From positions 67,146-131,145 of the forward strand of contig JBAYIT010000003.1 of assembly GCA_041665485.1 (NCBI GenBank): a DNA stretch of 64,000 bases, in the 5' to 3' direction. Source of the stretch: Candidatus Shapirobacteria bacterium (GTDB lineage: Bacteria > Patescibacteriota > Microgenomatia > UBA12405). Both the position numbers and the translations under genes were made by a program. This document shows positions 1 to 8,916 of the stretch, one piece after another. Every line of letters starts with the position of its first letter. Within the stretch, counting starts at the first letter, position 1. The notes beneath the pieces were generated by a model. The model was not told the origin of the DNA, did not search any database, and was given only the letters and a program-made list of their open reading frames with translations.

Positions 1-75
1 CTTATCGATCTTTTGGGAATAATTATCGGTCTCATTCTCTATCAAGTATTTACCCGATTTGACAGATCAAAATAA
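1..75 (+). CDS. 3' fragment of an upstream membrane-protein gene (partial; ends TAA at 73-75)
   Basis: An open frame runs in from the window edge and translates to a hydrophobic tail, LIDLLGIIIGLILYQVFTRFDRSK*. It is too short to assign. Confidence 0.25.
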   Translation, partial: LIDLLGIIIGLILYQVFTRFDRSK

Positions 76-132
76 TCTCCGTAGTATTAACGCAAGACAT
101 ATTTGTTTAACACTATAGGAGGTGAGTATTAA

Positions 133-669
133 ATGAAGAAAATTCTTATTAGTTTTGTTACCGTTATTGCCCTTACTGCTTCGGTTGCCGCCGGAACCAG
201 AGCTATCTTTTCTGGCAACGATAAAGTTTTGGGCAACACCGTCACTACCGCCCGGATTTCTATTGACGCTGAAACCATCGTCAATAAACCGTTAAATATT
301 ACCGGTTTACTTCCCGGCCAAAGCGGATCCCCGGGAACCGTCGATCTCGTCAACGATGGCGACGCCCCCCAAATCCAATACATGTACGTCGAAAATGTTG
401 CCGGTACTCTCTGTCCGGCCCTTGACCTGACAATTGGCTATAGCGTCTCTAGTCCGGGTGTTTTTAGTCATACCTTTGGAACCTGGAAATTGGCGGATAT
501 AACCGGACCAGCTAATCGTCAGGGTGTTGGTGAAACAGTTCCGGTTTCTGCCGGTAGTAACACTCGCCTAGTTCAACAGGCCTCTTTGGCCTCCTCTGTC
601 AGCGACCCAAGCTTAATGGGTGCCACCTGCACCTGGGATGAGGTTTTTGTCGGCGAGCAGGTTCAATAA
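133..669 (+). CDS. TasA/camelysin-like secreted protein with SipW-cognate class signal peptide
   Basis: A strong SD (AGGAGGTGA) lies 5 nt upstream. The N-terminus, MKKILISFVTVIALTASVAAGTRAIFSGNDKV, matches the SipW-cognate signal consensus (KK..hydrophobic..GT.A.FSD). The gene sits directly upstream of a SipW-type peptidase. Confidence 0.6.
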   Translation: MKKILISFVTVIALTASVAAGTRAIFSGNDKVLGNTVTTARISIDAETIVNKPLNITGLLPGQSGSPGTVDLVNDGDAPQIQYMYVENVAGTLCPALDLTIGYSVSSPGVFSHTFGTWKLADITGPANRQGVGETVPVSAGSNTRLVQQASLASSVSDPSLMGATCTWDEVFVGEQVQ

Positions 670-735
670 CTACTTGTCGGCCTAAGAGTTGCTCAAGCCC
701 CTCACGGTTTGTGCAACTTAGTAGGTTAGACAAGT

Positions 736-1272
736 ATGAAAAATCTATATCTAGTTGTCGTTTTTTGTTTGATTGCTATTGCCAGTCTTTCGGCCATGTC
801 GGTTTTAGGTCTGCCCCAAAATCTCCGGGCTTTTGTTGTTCTTTCTGGCTCGATGGCGCCCAGTCTCAAAACTGGCAGTCTTATTTTTGTCAAACCATCT
901 TCTGAATACAAAGTTGGTGATATTGTTACTTTTAAAGCCGGCTCCGATGCCGATATTAAAAACCCTGCCAACACCGTCACTCATCGTGTTATTGACATTA
1001 AATTCAAAGATAACCAAATTTCTTACCTCACCAAGGGTGATGCCAACACTACCCCAGACCTTGACCCTCGTCCGGCCGGCCACGTTCTTGGTCGGGTCAT
1101 TTTGTCTATTCCCTATATCGGTTATCCGGTAGGCTACGCTAAAACTCAACAAGGTTTTATTCTTCTTGTTGTTATCCCCGCCACTCTTATTGTTTACAGC
1201 GAGCTTATTAATATCCAGAAATCAGTCGCTAAACTAATTAAAAACAAAAAGAAACATGGCCAGAAAACTTAA
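736..1272 (+). CDS. sipW: Signal peptidase I, archaeal/SipW type (S26 family)
   Basis: There is an N-terminal TM segment, then LSGSMAPSL (catalytic Ser box), GDIVTF, THRVI and TKGDAN motifs characteristic of SipW/Sec11-type peptidases. Confidence 0.8.
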   Translation: MKNLYLVVVFCLIAIASLSAMSVLGLPQNLRAFVVLSGSMAPSLKTGSLIFVKPSSEYKVGDIVTFKAGSDADIKNPANTVTHRVIDIKFKDNQISYLTKGDANTTPDLDPRPAGHVLGRVILSIPYIGYPVGYAKTQQGFILLVVIPATLIVYSELINIQKSVAKLIKNKKKHGQKT

Positions 1273-3397
1273 TCGAATTCTGGTTATTTTAGTTGTTGTT
1301 TGTTTTCACTTTCTCCCATCTACTAATGCCTATTTTATCGGTCAAACCCAAGTCACGACCAATTCGGTCTCCTCTGGTTGCTGGCTGCCCCCCGCCACCC
1401 CTGATCCGATTTCTCCTTCTGATAATTCATTTGTTGGCCAAGGGGCTTCGTGGTTGGCCGACCCCTATTTTGATTGGAGTAATTCCATTAGCCTTTGTCC
1501 CCAAGCCTTTCAAATTAGCTATCAATACGAGTCTTACTCCGACTCCGATTTACAAACCCTTCTTTTCCACTCCACTCTCTTGTCAGATTCCCAAATTCCT
1601 GCCCCCCAAACTTCCGATGGTGTTTATTATTGGCGTGTTCTCGCTTGCGATAATTTAGGTAGCTGTTCTCCTTGGTCGTCTGTCCAAAAATTAACCATCG
1701 ACACTTCTGCCCCCAGTTCCGAAATTACCGATCTTCCAAGCTCTTCTTCGAGTTCCAATTTTATTATTAATTACCTAGCCACCGGCGACAATCTCGATTA
1801 TGTCACTCTCTGCTATTCTTGGAATTTAACTCCTTGGATCTGTTCACCCGGGTTTCAAGACCATCCCCATTCTCCCGGCTCTTTTGACTTTACTTCCCCG
1901 AAAGGTGATGGCACTTATCATTTTGCCACTCTTGCCCATGATCTTGCCGGCAACGGCGAAAACAAAAATTTATCTGCCGATCCATTAGCTATTCTTTCTT
2001 TTCCCTCCACGGTTGTCGACACTAAGTCACCCACCACTAACCTCAATCAATCTTCTTTTTCCGATGATCACTGGACTGGCCAAAACTTAGCCATCAATAC
2101 TTGGCAAATCGATCCTTTATCTACTGGCGATCATTTTATCGGTTCTACCTCTGTCGAAATTGGTTTTTCCGGGGCGCCTTTGAGTGAAGATGCTCTCGAC
2201 GCCGTCTACCAAATCTTTTCTCTACCTCAAAACATTTCTTCCCACCTTTCCTTTTGGTTTCGGGGGCAAAGCCAAGACACGGTTGATTTTGACCAATTTC
2301 AGGTTCAAATTCGTCGCCCCGACGACTACTTACTGGAATATATTTTAGCCACTGGCAACAAAGAACTGCCCGATAGCGATACCTGGCTAGGCGGTGATTC
2401 CGATTGGCGCTGGTTAAGCCACCCTCTACTGTCTTATGCCGGCCAAACTATTAAAATTTGGTTTGGCCTCACCAATCGCGATTCAGAGCCTAATGCCCGC
2501 ACTTGGGTCGAGCTTAAAGATGTTGTCGTTTCCACTCTCGACCCTCGCCTTTCTGGTACCGATCCGGTTACCATCGACACTCACGATACTGGCACTGGTG
2601 TTGGGGATACAACCGCTCCATTCTCCACCACTGTCGGCGAAAATAATTTAAATATCGGCGCCACTGATAACGCCGGTAATTCCGAAACCCCTAATTCTTC
2701 CTCAATTGTTGTTTTGCCACCCCTAGTTCTTAATCAAATAAGTTTTAATCCCTCAAATCAATTTATCGAGCTTTATAACAACGGCTCGGAAAATATTGAT
2801 CTTTCTGGTTGGTATATTTCTCAAGTTGGTCAAACCCTGTCTATTGGTTCAACCATCATCTCTTCTAAATCGTCCCTTAAAATAGAAAATATCGATACTA
2901 GTCTATTTGATTTTACCGATACCTCCGGCACGGTTGACTTAATTTCTCCCCTGACGACTAAGGTTGATTCCACTACTTATTTTTCCGCCGGCCATGCCGG
3001 TGAAGTCTGGCAACGCCTCCCCGATGGTATTGGTAACTGGGGGCTTTACTACGAAGATGTTTCCGGCAACATTGGTTTCCGTTTGAATGTCAACCGCATT
3101 ACTCTAACTATCGCCAATATCCCCTCCGATTTTGGCGCCAATCCAGCCGACCGTCTTGATTACAAAATTACTTATACGAAAACTGTCGATGGTACATCAT
3201 TAGGTCAGCAGATTGCTGGTTCCATTTCTATTGGCACGATCGTTAATCATCGCGCCGATCGTGATTTTTATCTTGGCACTTGTAGTAGTGGTGGGGCTTG
3301 CACCCCCGACTCCGGTTTAGGTGCCAACTTTGTTCTTTCTCTTACTGGCCAAATCGGCTCGGAATCAGTTAATATCAACCAAGTCTTTTCTCCATGA
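1256..3397 (+). CDS. Large (713 aa) secreted protein with SipW-cognate-like N-terminus; Ser/Thr/Pro-rich, no recognisable catalytic motif
   Basis: The N-terminus, ...FLPSTNAYFIGQTQVTTNSVSSG, resembles the TasA-family signal (AYFSD.E..N.F.AG). The ORF is long and low-complexity, and its start overlaps the sipW stop by 17 nt, which suggests an operon. Confidence 0.55.
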   Translation: MARKLNRILVILVVVCFHFLPSTNAYFIGQTQVTTNSVSSGCWLPPATPDPISPSDNSFVGQGASWLADPYFDWSNSISLCPQAFQISYQYESYSDSDLQTLLFHSTLLSDSQIPAPQTSDGVYYWRVLACDNLGSCSPWSSVQKLTIDTSAPSSEITDLPSSSSSSNFIINYLATGDNLDYVTLCYSWNLTPWICSPGFQDHPHSPGSFDFTSPKGDGTYHFATLAHDLAGNGENKNLSADPLAILSFPSTVVDTKSPTTNLNQSSFSDDHWTGQNLAINTWQIDPLSTGDHFIGSTSVEIGFSGAPLSEDALDAVYQIFSLPQNISSHLSFWFRGQSQDTVDFDQFQVQIRRPDDYLLEYILATGNKELPDSDTWLGGDSDWRWLSHPLLSYAGQTIKIWFGLTNRDSEPNARTWVELKDVVVSTLDPRLSGTDPVTIDTHDTGTGVGDTTAPFSTTVGENNLNIGATDNAGNSETPNSSSIVVLPPLVLNQISFNPSNQFIELYNNGSENIDLSGWYISQVGQTLSIGSTIISSKSSLKIENIDTSLFDFTDTSGTVDLISPLTTKVDSTTYFSAGHAGEVWQRLPDGIGNWGLYYEDVSGNIGFRLNVNRITLTIANIPSDFGANPADRLDYKITYTKTVDGTSLGQQIAGSISIGTIVNHRADRDFYLGTCSSGGACTPDSGLGANFVLSLTGQIGSESVNINQVFSP

Positions 3398-4599
3398 AAA
3401 CTAAATTAATTTTTCTAGTTTCTAGTATCTTGTTACTAGTTTCTAGTTTCCCCGCCTTGGCGGGAAACAACATCACCATCACTTGCTCCTCCGCCGATAC
3501 CTGCACCAATTCCTCCTCACTTCCAATTTTTGACGAAACCAATATCGCCCCCGGTTATATTGTTTCTCCCGCTCCCATCTTAACTGTTATCAATCAACGT
3601 CAAAACGATGAATGTAATCTAACTTTTTCTGCCGGTAACCTGGCCGGCTCTTCCGACTTATTGTCAAAAATTAGTTTAAGCATTACCAGTCTTGGTAATG
3701 TTGATTATGCCGGTAATATTTCCAGTCTTCTTGATGGAGAATCTCGATCCTTAGGTATTATTCCCCCATCTTCCGACCGTCAATATGTCTGGACTACTAG
3801 TTTTGATCAAGATGCCGGCAACGATCTTAAAAATACCTCTGCCAAATTTGACCTAGATTTTAATTTCAGTTGCGATTTACCTCCCACTCCGACTCCAACT
3901 CCAATCGCAACCTCAACGCCAGTACCAACATCTAAGATCCAGGATCCAGGATCTAATAATTCCGGTTCTGTTCTCGGCGTCGCCTCCGCCCCCAGTTGTA
4001 ACGACACCGCCCCCAAAGGCGCCCCCATTTTATCCGGCATTATCGCTGGAGTAAATAGTGCCACTCTTACCTGGCTTCCCGCCCCTGCTCCGGTTAGTTA
4101 CTATTTAATTGCTTACGGCACTTCGCCCGGCAAATACCTTTACGGCAATCCCAATGTTGGTGGCCCGGGCACCACTAGCTACACGGTCACCAATCTTTCC
4201 GCCAACACCACTTATTATTTCGTTGTCCGGGCCGGCAATGGCTGTGCTCCTGGCCCATTTTCCGCAGAGCTTTCCTCCACCCCCGGCGGCGTAGTTCTTC
4301 CCGCCAGTCAGATTCCCCCCGGCTTTCAGCCCGGCGTTTTAGGTGAAACGACTGAACCTACTCCCACCATCACTCCACCCACCGGAGAAGTTATCGGTGT
4401 CAATACCAGTTGTCAACAAAACATAATTCCATTTATCATCAGCCTAATTATCTTTATTATCTCCTCCTTTCTTTATTTCAAACTCCGTCTAAAATTAGTC
4501 TTATCTATCTTAATTATTTCAATAATTTTATCAATAGTCTTTTTCCCAAATTGTTTGTGGTATTTCTACATTTCAAATTTCAAATTGATTAAAAATTAA
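3394..4599 (+). CDS. Secreted cell-surface protein with fibronectin type III-like domain, Pro/Thr linker and C-terminal TM anchor
   Basis: It has a signal peptide (MKTKLIFLVSSILLLVSSFPALA). A PTPTPTP linker precedes an FN3-like segment (ATLTWLPAPAPVSYYLIAYGTSPG...TTYYFVVRAGN). The C-terminus is hydrophobic (IIPFIISLIIFIISSFLYF). Confidence 0.55.
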   Translation: MKTKLIFLVSSILLLVSSFPALAGNNITITCSSADTCTNSSSLPIFDETNIAPGYIVSPAPILTVINQRQNDECNLTFSAGNLAGSSDLLSKISLSITSLGNVDYAGNISSLLDGESRSLGIIPPSSDRQYVWTTSFDQDAGNDLKNTSAKFDLDFNFSCDLPPTPTPTPIATSTPVPTSKIQDPGSNNSGSVLGVASAPSCNDTAPKGAPILSGIIAGVNSATLTWLPAPAPVSYYLIAYGTSPGKYLYGNPNVGGPGTTSYTVTNLSANTTYYFVVRAGNGCAPGPFSAELSSTPGGVVLPASQIPPGFQPGVLGETTEPTPTITPPTGEVIGVNTSCQQNIIPFIISLIIFIISSFLYFKLRLKLVLSILIISIILSIVFFPNCLWYFYISNFKLIKN

Positions 4600-4625
4600 A
4601 AATTTAAAATTAAAAATTTTCTCCA

Positions 4626-5465
4626 ATGACTCGTCTCTGGCACCTGCTTTTCCTGCCACATCCCAAGAATAACCACAAGGCTTTTTTAATTCAACCAGGT
4701 TTTCTTGGCCTTTTTATCGCCCTCTATCTTCTCAACCAATCTTTTATTCGTACTTTTACCATGCTTCGCCCTGGCGTTTTGGGCTATTCCTCCGAAATTA
4801 CCGCCGCCAAAGTTTTAACTCTCACTAACGCTGAAAGGCAACGGGAAAATCTACCCATTCTGGTTTACAACTCAAAACTTGAAGCCTCAGCCACCAAAAA
4901 AGCCCAAGACATGTTTGCCAAAAACTATTGGGCCCACTCTGCCCCCGACGGCACCTCTCCTTGGAGTTTTTTTAAAGATGCCGATTATCAATATACTGTT
5001 GCCGGTGAAAATCTGGCCCGCGATTTTTACGACACTGAAACTATGTTTCAAGCCTGGATGAACTCTAAAACCCATCGCGACAACATTGTCGACAAACGTT
5101 ATCAGGAAATCGGTATCGGTGTTGTCAATGGCATTCTCGGTGGTGTTAAAACCACCCTAGTTGTCCAACATTTTGGTACTCCGGTTGTGGCTGTTGCCAC
5201 TCTCCCCCCAGGCCAGCAAGTTCTTCCCGCCACCGTTGAATCAGGTCCGGCGGTTAAGCCTCAATTTACTCTCAACCCCCTCCTTATCAGTAAGGTTTTT
5301 GGCGGAGCCATCTTTATGATCATCATGGTTGTTTTGGTTGTTGATGCTTTCATCACTCTCAAAAACAAAACCCACCGTCTAAGTGGCTCGGCCACCTCTC
5401 ATCTTGGCTTTATTGCCATTATTTTTCTCCTCTTATTATTTAGCCGTCAAGGCACCATCTTTTAA
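4626..5465 (+). CDS. CAP/SCP (YkwD-like) domain protein, membrane-anchored
   Basis: The CAP-domain signature is present (NAERQ...YWAHSAPDG...GENLAR...AWMNSKTHRDNIV...EIGIGV). Hydrophobic segments lie at both termini. Confidence 0.7.
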   Translation: MTRLWHLLFLPHPKNNHKAFLIQPGFLGLFIALYLLNQSFIRTFTMLRPGVLGYSSEITAAKVLTLTNAERQRENLPILVYNSKLEASATKKAQDMFAKNYWAHSAPDGTSPWSFFKDADYQYTVAGENLARDFYDTETMFQAWMNSKTHRDNIVDKRYQEIGIGVVNGILGGVKTTLVVQHFGTPVVAVATLPPGQQVLPATVESGPAVKPQFTLNPLLISKVFGGAIFMIIMVVLVVDAFITLKNKTHRLSGSATSHLGFIAIIFLLLLFSRQGTIF

Positions 5466-5467
5466 CC

Positions 5468-5734
5468 ATGCATTTTGTCTTTCATTATCTTCGTCAAAAA
5501 CCGCTCGATTTTGTTCTCCTTTTCCTCTTTTTTGCCATTTGTCTGGTCTCTTTTTTTGTTTTTGGAATCGATGGCCACTCCCGTCGTTCTATCGTTTACA
5601 TTACTGCCGGTGGCTATTTCCTCTGGAGCCTGGCCTATCACTATCGCCGTGGCGATCTCCATCCCTCCATCATCATCGAATACCTCGTCATGGCCTTACT
5701 CGGCACCATCGTCCTCTCCACCACCCTTTTTTAG
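5468..5734 (+). CDS. Small integral membrane protein (hypothetical)
   Basis: The 88 aa product has two or three predicted TM helices and no conserved motif. Two ORFs overlap it in other frames. Confidence 0.35.
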   Translation: MHFVFHYLRQKPLDFVLLFLFFAICLVSFFVFGIDGHSRRSIVYITAGGYFLWSLAYHYRRGDLHPSIIIEYLVMALLGTIVLSTTLF

Positions 5735-5827
5735 TTTCTTAAATTCTTAAATTTTTAAATTATTTTAGTTTGTAATTTGTTAACTGGAACTTGTTTGGAA
5801 ATTGTAAATTTGTTTTTTGTAATTTTA

Positions 5828-6481
5828 TTAATTCTTGCTTCTTAGTTCACCAATTTTTCTCGGATCCCCCGACAACAACTCTTGGGGCACTTTTATTCCC
5901 CTAAATTCCGCCGGTCTGGTGTATTGAGGGTATTCTTTTACTCGCCTTTTTTTATCTCCGCTTTGGATTAAACTAAAACTTTCGTTTTTAGCCGAATCTT
6001 TATTTCCCAACACCCCCGGAATCAGTCTGGCAATCGCATCGATCATTGTCAATGCTGGAAGCTCACCTCCGGTCAATACATAGTTACCAATCGATATTTC
6101 CTCATCCACCATTAAATCAACTATCCTTTGGTCTACTCCCTCGTAGTGTCCGCAAATTATAATAAACTCTTCATCTTTTGCCATTTTTTCAGCCTTAGCT
6201 TGAGAAAAAGTTTTTCCTCGGGCCGAAGTCAAAATTACTTTGCCCTTATTTGTCTTTTTAACTTCCAATAATGCTTTTTCTATTACATCAGGTCTAATCA
6301 CCATTCCCGGGCCCCCGCCAAATGGTCGATCATCCACTGCTCCATAACTGTTCCAAGCCCACTGCCTCATTTGGTGTAAATTAACCTCAACGAGCCCATT
6401 TTTCACCGCCCGCCCTAAAATACTGGCCCCCAGTATTCCCTCAAACATCTCTGGAAATAGCGTAATTACATCAAATTTCAT
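5828..6481 (-). CDS. trmD: tRNA (guanine37-N1)-methyltransferase TrmD
   Basis: From the internal Met onward the protein reads MKFDVITLFPEMFEG...GGGPGMV...EYPQYTRP...GDP, which are TrmD SPOUT motifs. The upstream 119 codons of the long ORF overlap the + strand GT2 gene and are rejected. Confidence 0.85.
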   Translation of the reverse strand: MKFDVITLFPEMFEGILGASILGRAVKNGLVEVNLHQMRQWAWNSYGAVDDRPFGGGPGMVIRPDVIEKALLEVKKTNKGKVILTSARGKTFSQAKAEKMAKDEEFIIICGHYEGVDQRIVDLMVDEEISIGNYVLTGGELPALTMIDAIARLIPGVLGNKDSAKNESFSLIQSGDKKRRVKEYPQYTRPAEFRGIKVPQELLSGDPRKIGELRSKN

Positions 6482-6502
6482 TATTTGTATTATACTTAAC
6501 CT

Positions 6503-7693
6503 ATGACCAAAAACACCAAACCTAGTCAAAAGACTGCCGTTGTTGTCATCGCCACCTATAATGAAGCCGGAGCCATCGGCAATATGATCGATACTCTTTT
6601 TGGCAAAATTTTCCCCAAAATCACCAATTGGCACTGCCAAGTTCTTGTCGTCGACGACACCTCCCCCGATAAAACCTATGAAATTGTTCAAAGGTATCAG
6701 AAAAAATATTCCGATCTTCATTTGGTTATCAACCCGGAAAAGAAGGGGATGGGCAATGCCATTGTCAAAGGCTTTCAATATGCCATGCAACACCTCAAGG
6801 CCGATGTGGTCTGTGAATTCGATGCTGATTTTCAACACCCTCCCGAAGATATTCCTAATTTATTGGCAAAAATCGACGAGGGTTATGATTTTGTCATCGG
6901 CTCTCGCAAAATCAAAGGTGGTTCGGTTCCCTCATCTTGGGGTTTCATGCGTAAATTTTGGACATATGTTGGCGGGTTTGCTTCCCGTTCTGTTATGTTT
7001 TTTCCTTTCCCTTCCTTTTTTAAAGTCACCGACCCCACTACTGGTCTCCGGGCTTCCCGGGTTAAGGGCTTTGTCGATCAAATCGATCTTGATCATCTTT
7101 ATTCCCTAAAATTCGGCTACAAAATCGAGCTTCTTTATCGGATGATCAACCTTAAAGCCAAATTTACCGAGATTCCTCTCCGCTTCGGTCTTCGGGAAAC
7201 CGGCGAATCAAAAATTTCAAAAGACACCGCCAGAGACATCTTTTTTGTCTCTCTTAAATGTCGCTGGTACGACGAATTTACCCAAAAATTCCTAAAATTT
7301 GGCCTAGTTGGTGGCTTTGGTTTTATTATCAATGTCGTTGGTGCCAGAGTCTTCAAGTCCTTTCTCCTCACCCCCGATTCCAATATTAGCCTAATTAATG
7401 GTTTATCAAACGGCCTGGCCGCCGAAATCTCCATCATTTCCAATTTTATTTGGAACAATCTTTGGACTTTCAAATCGGAAAAGATTACCCAAGCCAGTCA
7501 GCTCGTTTCCAAATTCCTCACCTTTAATTTATCCTCAATTCTCAATGGTATCGTTATCCCCTCGGTCATTATTTCTCTCTTAACCGGCCTCTTTGGCGAC
7601 CATCTTTTCCTTTACCAAGTCATCGCCATCTTCGGTCTCACCATCCCCCTCAACTGGCTCACCTACAACAGGGTAATTTGGAAGAAAAAATAG
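6503..7693 (+). CDS. GT2 family polyprenol-phosphate glycosyltransferase fused to a GtrA-like C-terminal membrane domain
   Basis: The N-terminus carries VVIATYNEAG...VVDDTSPDKT...FDADFQHPPEDI (GT-A DxD/ED motifs, DPM1-like). The C-terminal ~130 aa form four TM helices, as in the GtrA family. Confidence 0.8.
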   Translation: MTKNTKPSQKTAVVVIATYNEAGAIGNMIDTLFGKIFPKITNWHCQVLVVDDTSPDKTYEIVQRYQKKYSDLHLVINPEKKGMGNAIVKGFQYAMQHLKADVVCEFDADFQHPPEDIPNLLAKIDEGYDFVIGSRKIKGGSVPSSWGFMRKFWTYVGGFASRSVMFFPFPSFFKVTDPTTGLRASRVKGFVDQIDLDHLYSLKFGYKIELLYRMINLKAKFTEIPLRFGLRETGESKISKDTARDIFFVSLKCRWYDEFTQKFLKFGLVGGFGFIINVVGARVFKSFLLTPDSNISLINGLSNGLAAEISIISNFIWNNLWTFKSEKITQASQLVSKFLTFNLSSILNGIVIPSVIISLLTGLFGDHLFLYQVIAIFGLTIPLNWLTYNRVIWKKK

Positions 7694-8043
7694 CAGTGAC
7701 AGGAGAACTTGTTTATCACCGCTGGGCTCTAGCCAAATTAGTTGCCCGATATGCCAGTGGTGGACTTTCTGTTGGAAATTCTGAAGTCGGAGGAATTGCT
7801 GGATATGTCGATAGGCAAATCGTTTTTTTTACAGAAAACAAACCGTCTCGCAGGCCTGGTCCTGTTCCAACCTCATACACCCTAGAACAGGCAAGACAGA
7901 TGTTGTCAACAATCTCCTCAAGGATTGGTGGTAGTCAAACGGTTGCCGTTAATATGGAAAAACTTGGCGTAACTTCGGAATTGATCAACTATCTTTATCA
8001 GGAAATTCTACCTCGCGCTTCGGTCACGAATTGGGATTCGTGA
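7678..8043 (+). CDS. Hypothetical protein (121 aa)
   Basis: It is an ORF only, with no motif. It overlaps the end of the GT2 gene by 16 nt and is followed by a strong intrinsic terminator. Confidence 0.3.
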   Translation: MEEKIAVTGELVYHRWALAKLVARYASGGLSVGNSEVGGIAGYVDRQIVFFTENKPSRRPGPVPTSYTLEQARQMLSTISSRIGGSQTVAVNMEKLGVTSELINYLYQEILPRASVTNWDS

Positions 8044-8050
8044 ATCAAAA

Positions 8051-8078
8051 ACCCGCCTCTTGCGAAGCGGGTTTTTTC
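8051..8078. terminator. Rho-independent terminator, bidirectional, between convergent genes
   Basis: The sequence is AAAAACCCGCctcttgcgaaGCGGGTTTTTT. A GC stem is flanked by an A-run on one side and a T-run on the other, so it can terminate either strand. Confidence 0.6.
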
Positions 8079-8114
8079 TAGATTCGTAAACTCTAGACTC
8101 GTAGATTCTTAACT

Positions 8115-8891
8115 CTAGAGTAGCTTATCCACACTTGCCTTCACCGATTCTAGTGGTAAGGCTCCGGGGATAAGTTCCACCGCTTTGCCATTAACCACAA
8201 TTATCGTTCCCGGAGTTCCATTAATTCCGGCTTCAGCACCTTTGTTCATCTGGTCTTTGACTTTTTGGGTAAATTTACCGGCATCGAGGCAAGTTTTAAC
8301 TTTAGCCGTATTCACCCCAATCTGTCCGGCCATTTCCACCATTTGTTCCTTGGTAAAGCTGGTTCCAGTTGATGCTGTTTTGCTATACACCATGTCGCTA
8401 TAACTCCAGAACTTGTCCTTACCACCAACATCATTAACGCATTCAGCCGCTTCGGCTTCCATTTGAGCATTGGCATGGAAGGGGAGTGGGTAGTGGCGGT
8501 ACACCCAACCGATTTTGTTGCCATACTCTTTCAACACTTGAATCATTGTTTCATGAAATCGTTTACAGAATGGGCACTCATAGTCCGAATATTCCACCAG
8601 CATTACCTTAGCATTTTTATTGCCTCGAACATAATCATTGCCGTCAATTTTGGGCATTGCCACCAAATTCGGTGTCGGTTCTGGTTGAGCCGCCGCCGGA
8701 TCATTTTGGCTGGGAACTACCGCCGCCGGAGCACTGGCTACCCCCTTCTCTAGATTCTGGATTTTAACAAAGGTATAGGCTGAAAAAACAGCCGTAAATA
8801 AGGTCAAAACCAAAAAAGGTGTCATCCACCCATTGTTGTTATTACAACATTCTTTTTTGTCTATCATTTTTGTAAAAATTATTAAAAGCAA
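8115..8891 (-). CDS. DsbA-family thiol:disulfide oxidoreductase (BdbD-like), membrane-anchored
   Basis: A CPFC active site sits in the thioredoxin-fold context (VEYSDYECPFCKRFH). An N-terminal TM helix is present. The likely true start is an internal Met (MIDKK or MTPF). Confidence 0.8.
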   Translation of the reverse strand: MLLIIFTKMIDKKECCNNNNGWMTPFLVLTLFTAVFSAYTFVKIQNLEKGVASAPAAVVPSQNDPAAAQPEPTPNLVAMPKIDGNDYVRGNKNAKVMLVEYSDYECPFCKRFHETMIQVLKEYGNKIGWVYRHYPLPFHANAQMEAEAAECVNDVGGKDKFWSYSDMVYSKTASTGTSFTKEQMVEMAGQIGVNTAKVKTCLDAGKFTQKVKDQMNKGAEAGINGTPGTIIVVNGKAVELIPGALPLESVKASVDKLL

Positions 8892-8916
8892 TTTTTGCTA
8901 CTACGAGTATAGCAAT

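Noticed and set aside
1293-4294. Several ORFs of 60-121 aa nested in other frames of the large secreted-protein genes (1293..1658, 2436..2651, 3807..4064 -, 4109..4294).
   Set aside because: They lie entirely within longer coherent ORFs. Their products are Pro/Leu-rich and have no motifs.
6482-6838. A 119-codon N-terminal extension of the trmD ORF (the track gives 336 aa).
   Set aside because: It overlaps the well-supported + strand GT2 gene. The internal Met at 6481 begins the canonical TrmD N-terminus, MKFDVITLFPEMF.
6600-7583. Overlapping ORFs inside the GT2/GtrA gene (6600..7109 +, 7135..7473 -, 7398..7583 +).
   Set aside because: They lie inside a gene with clear GT-A and GtrA motifs and are alternative-frame artefacts.
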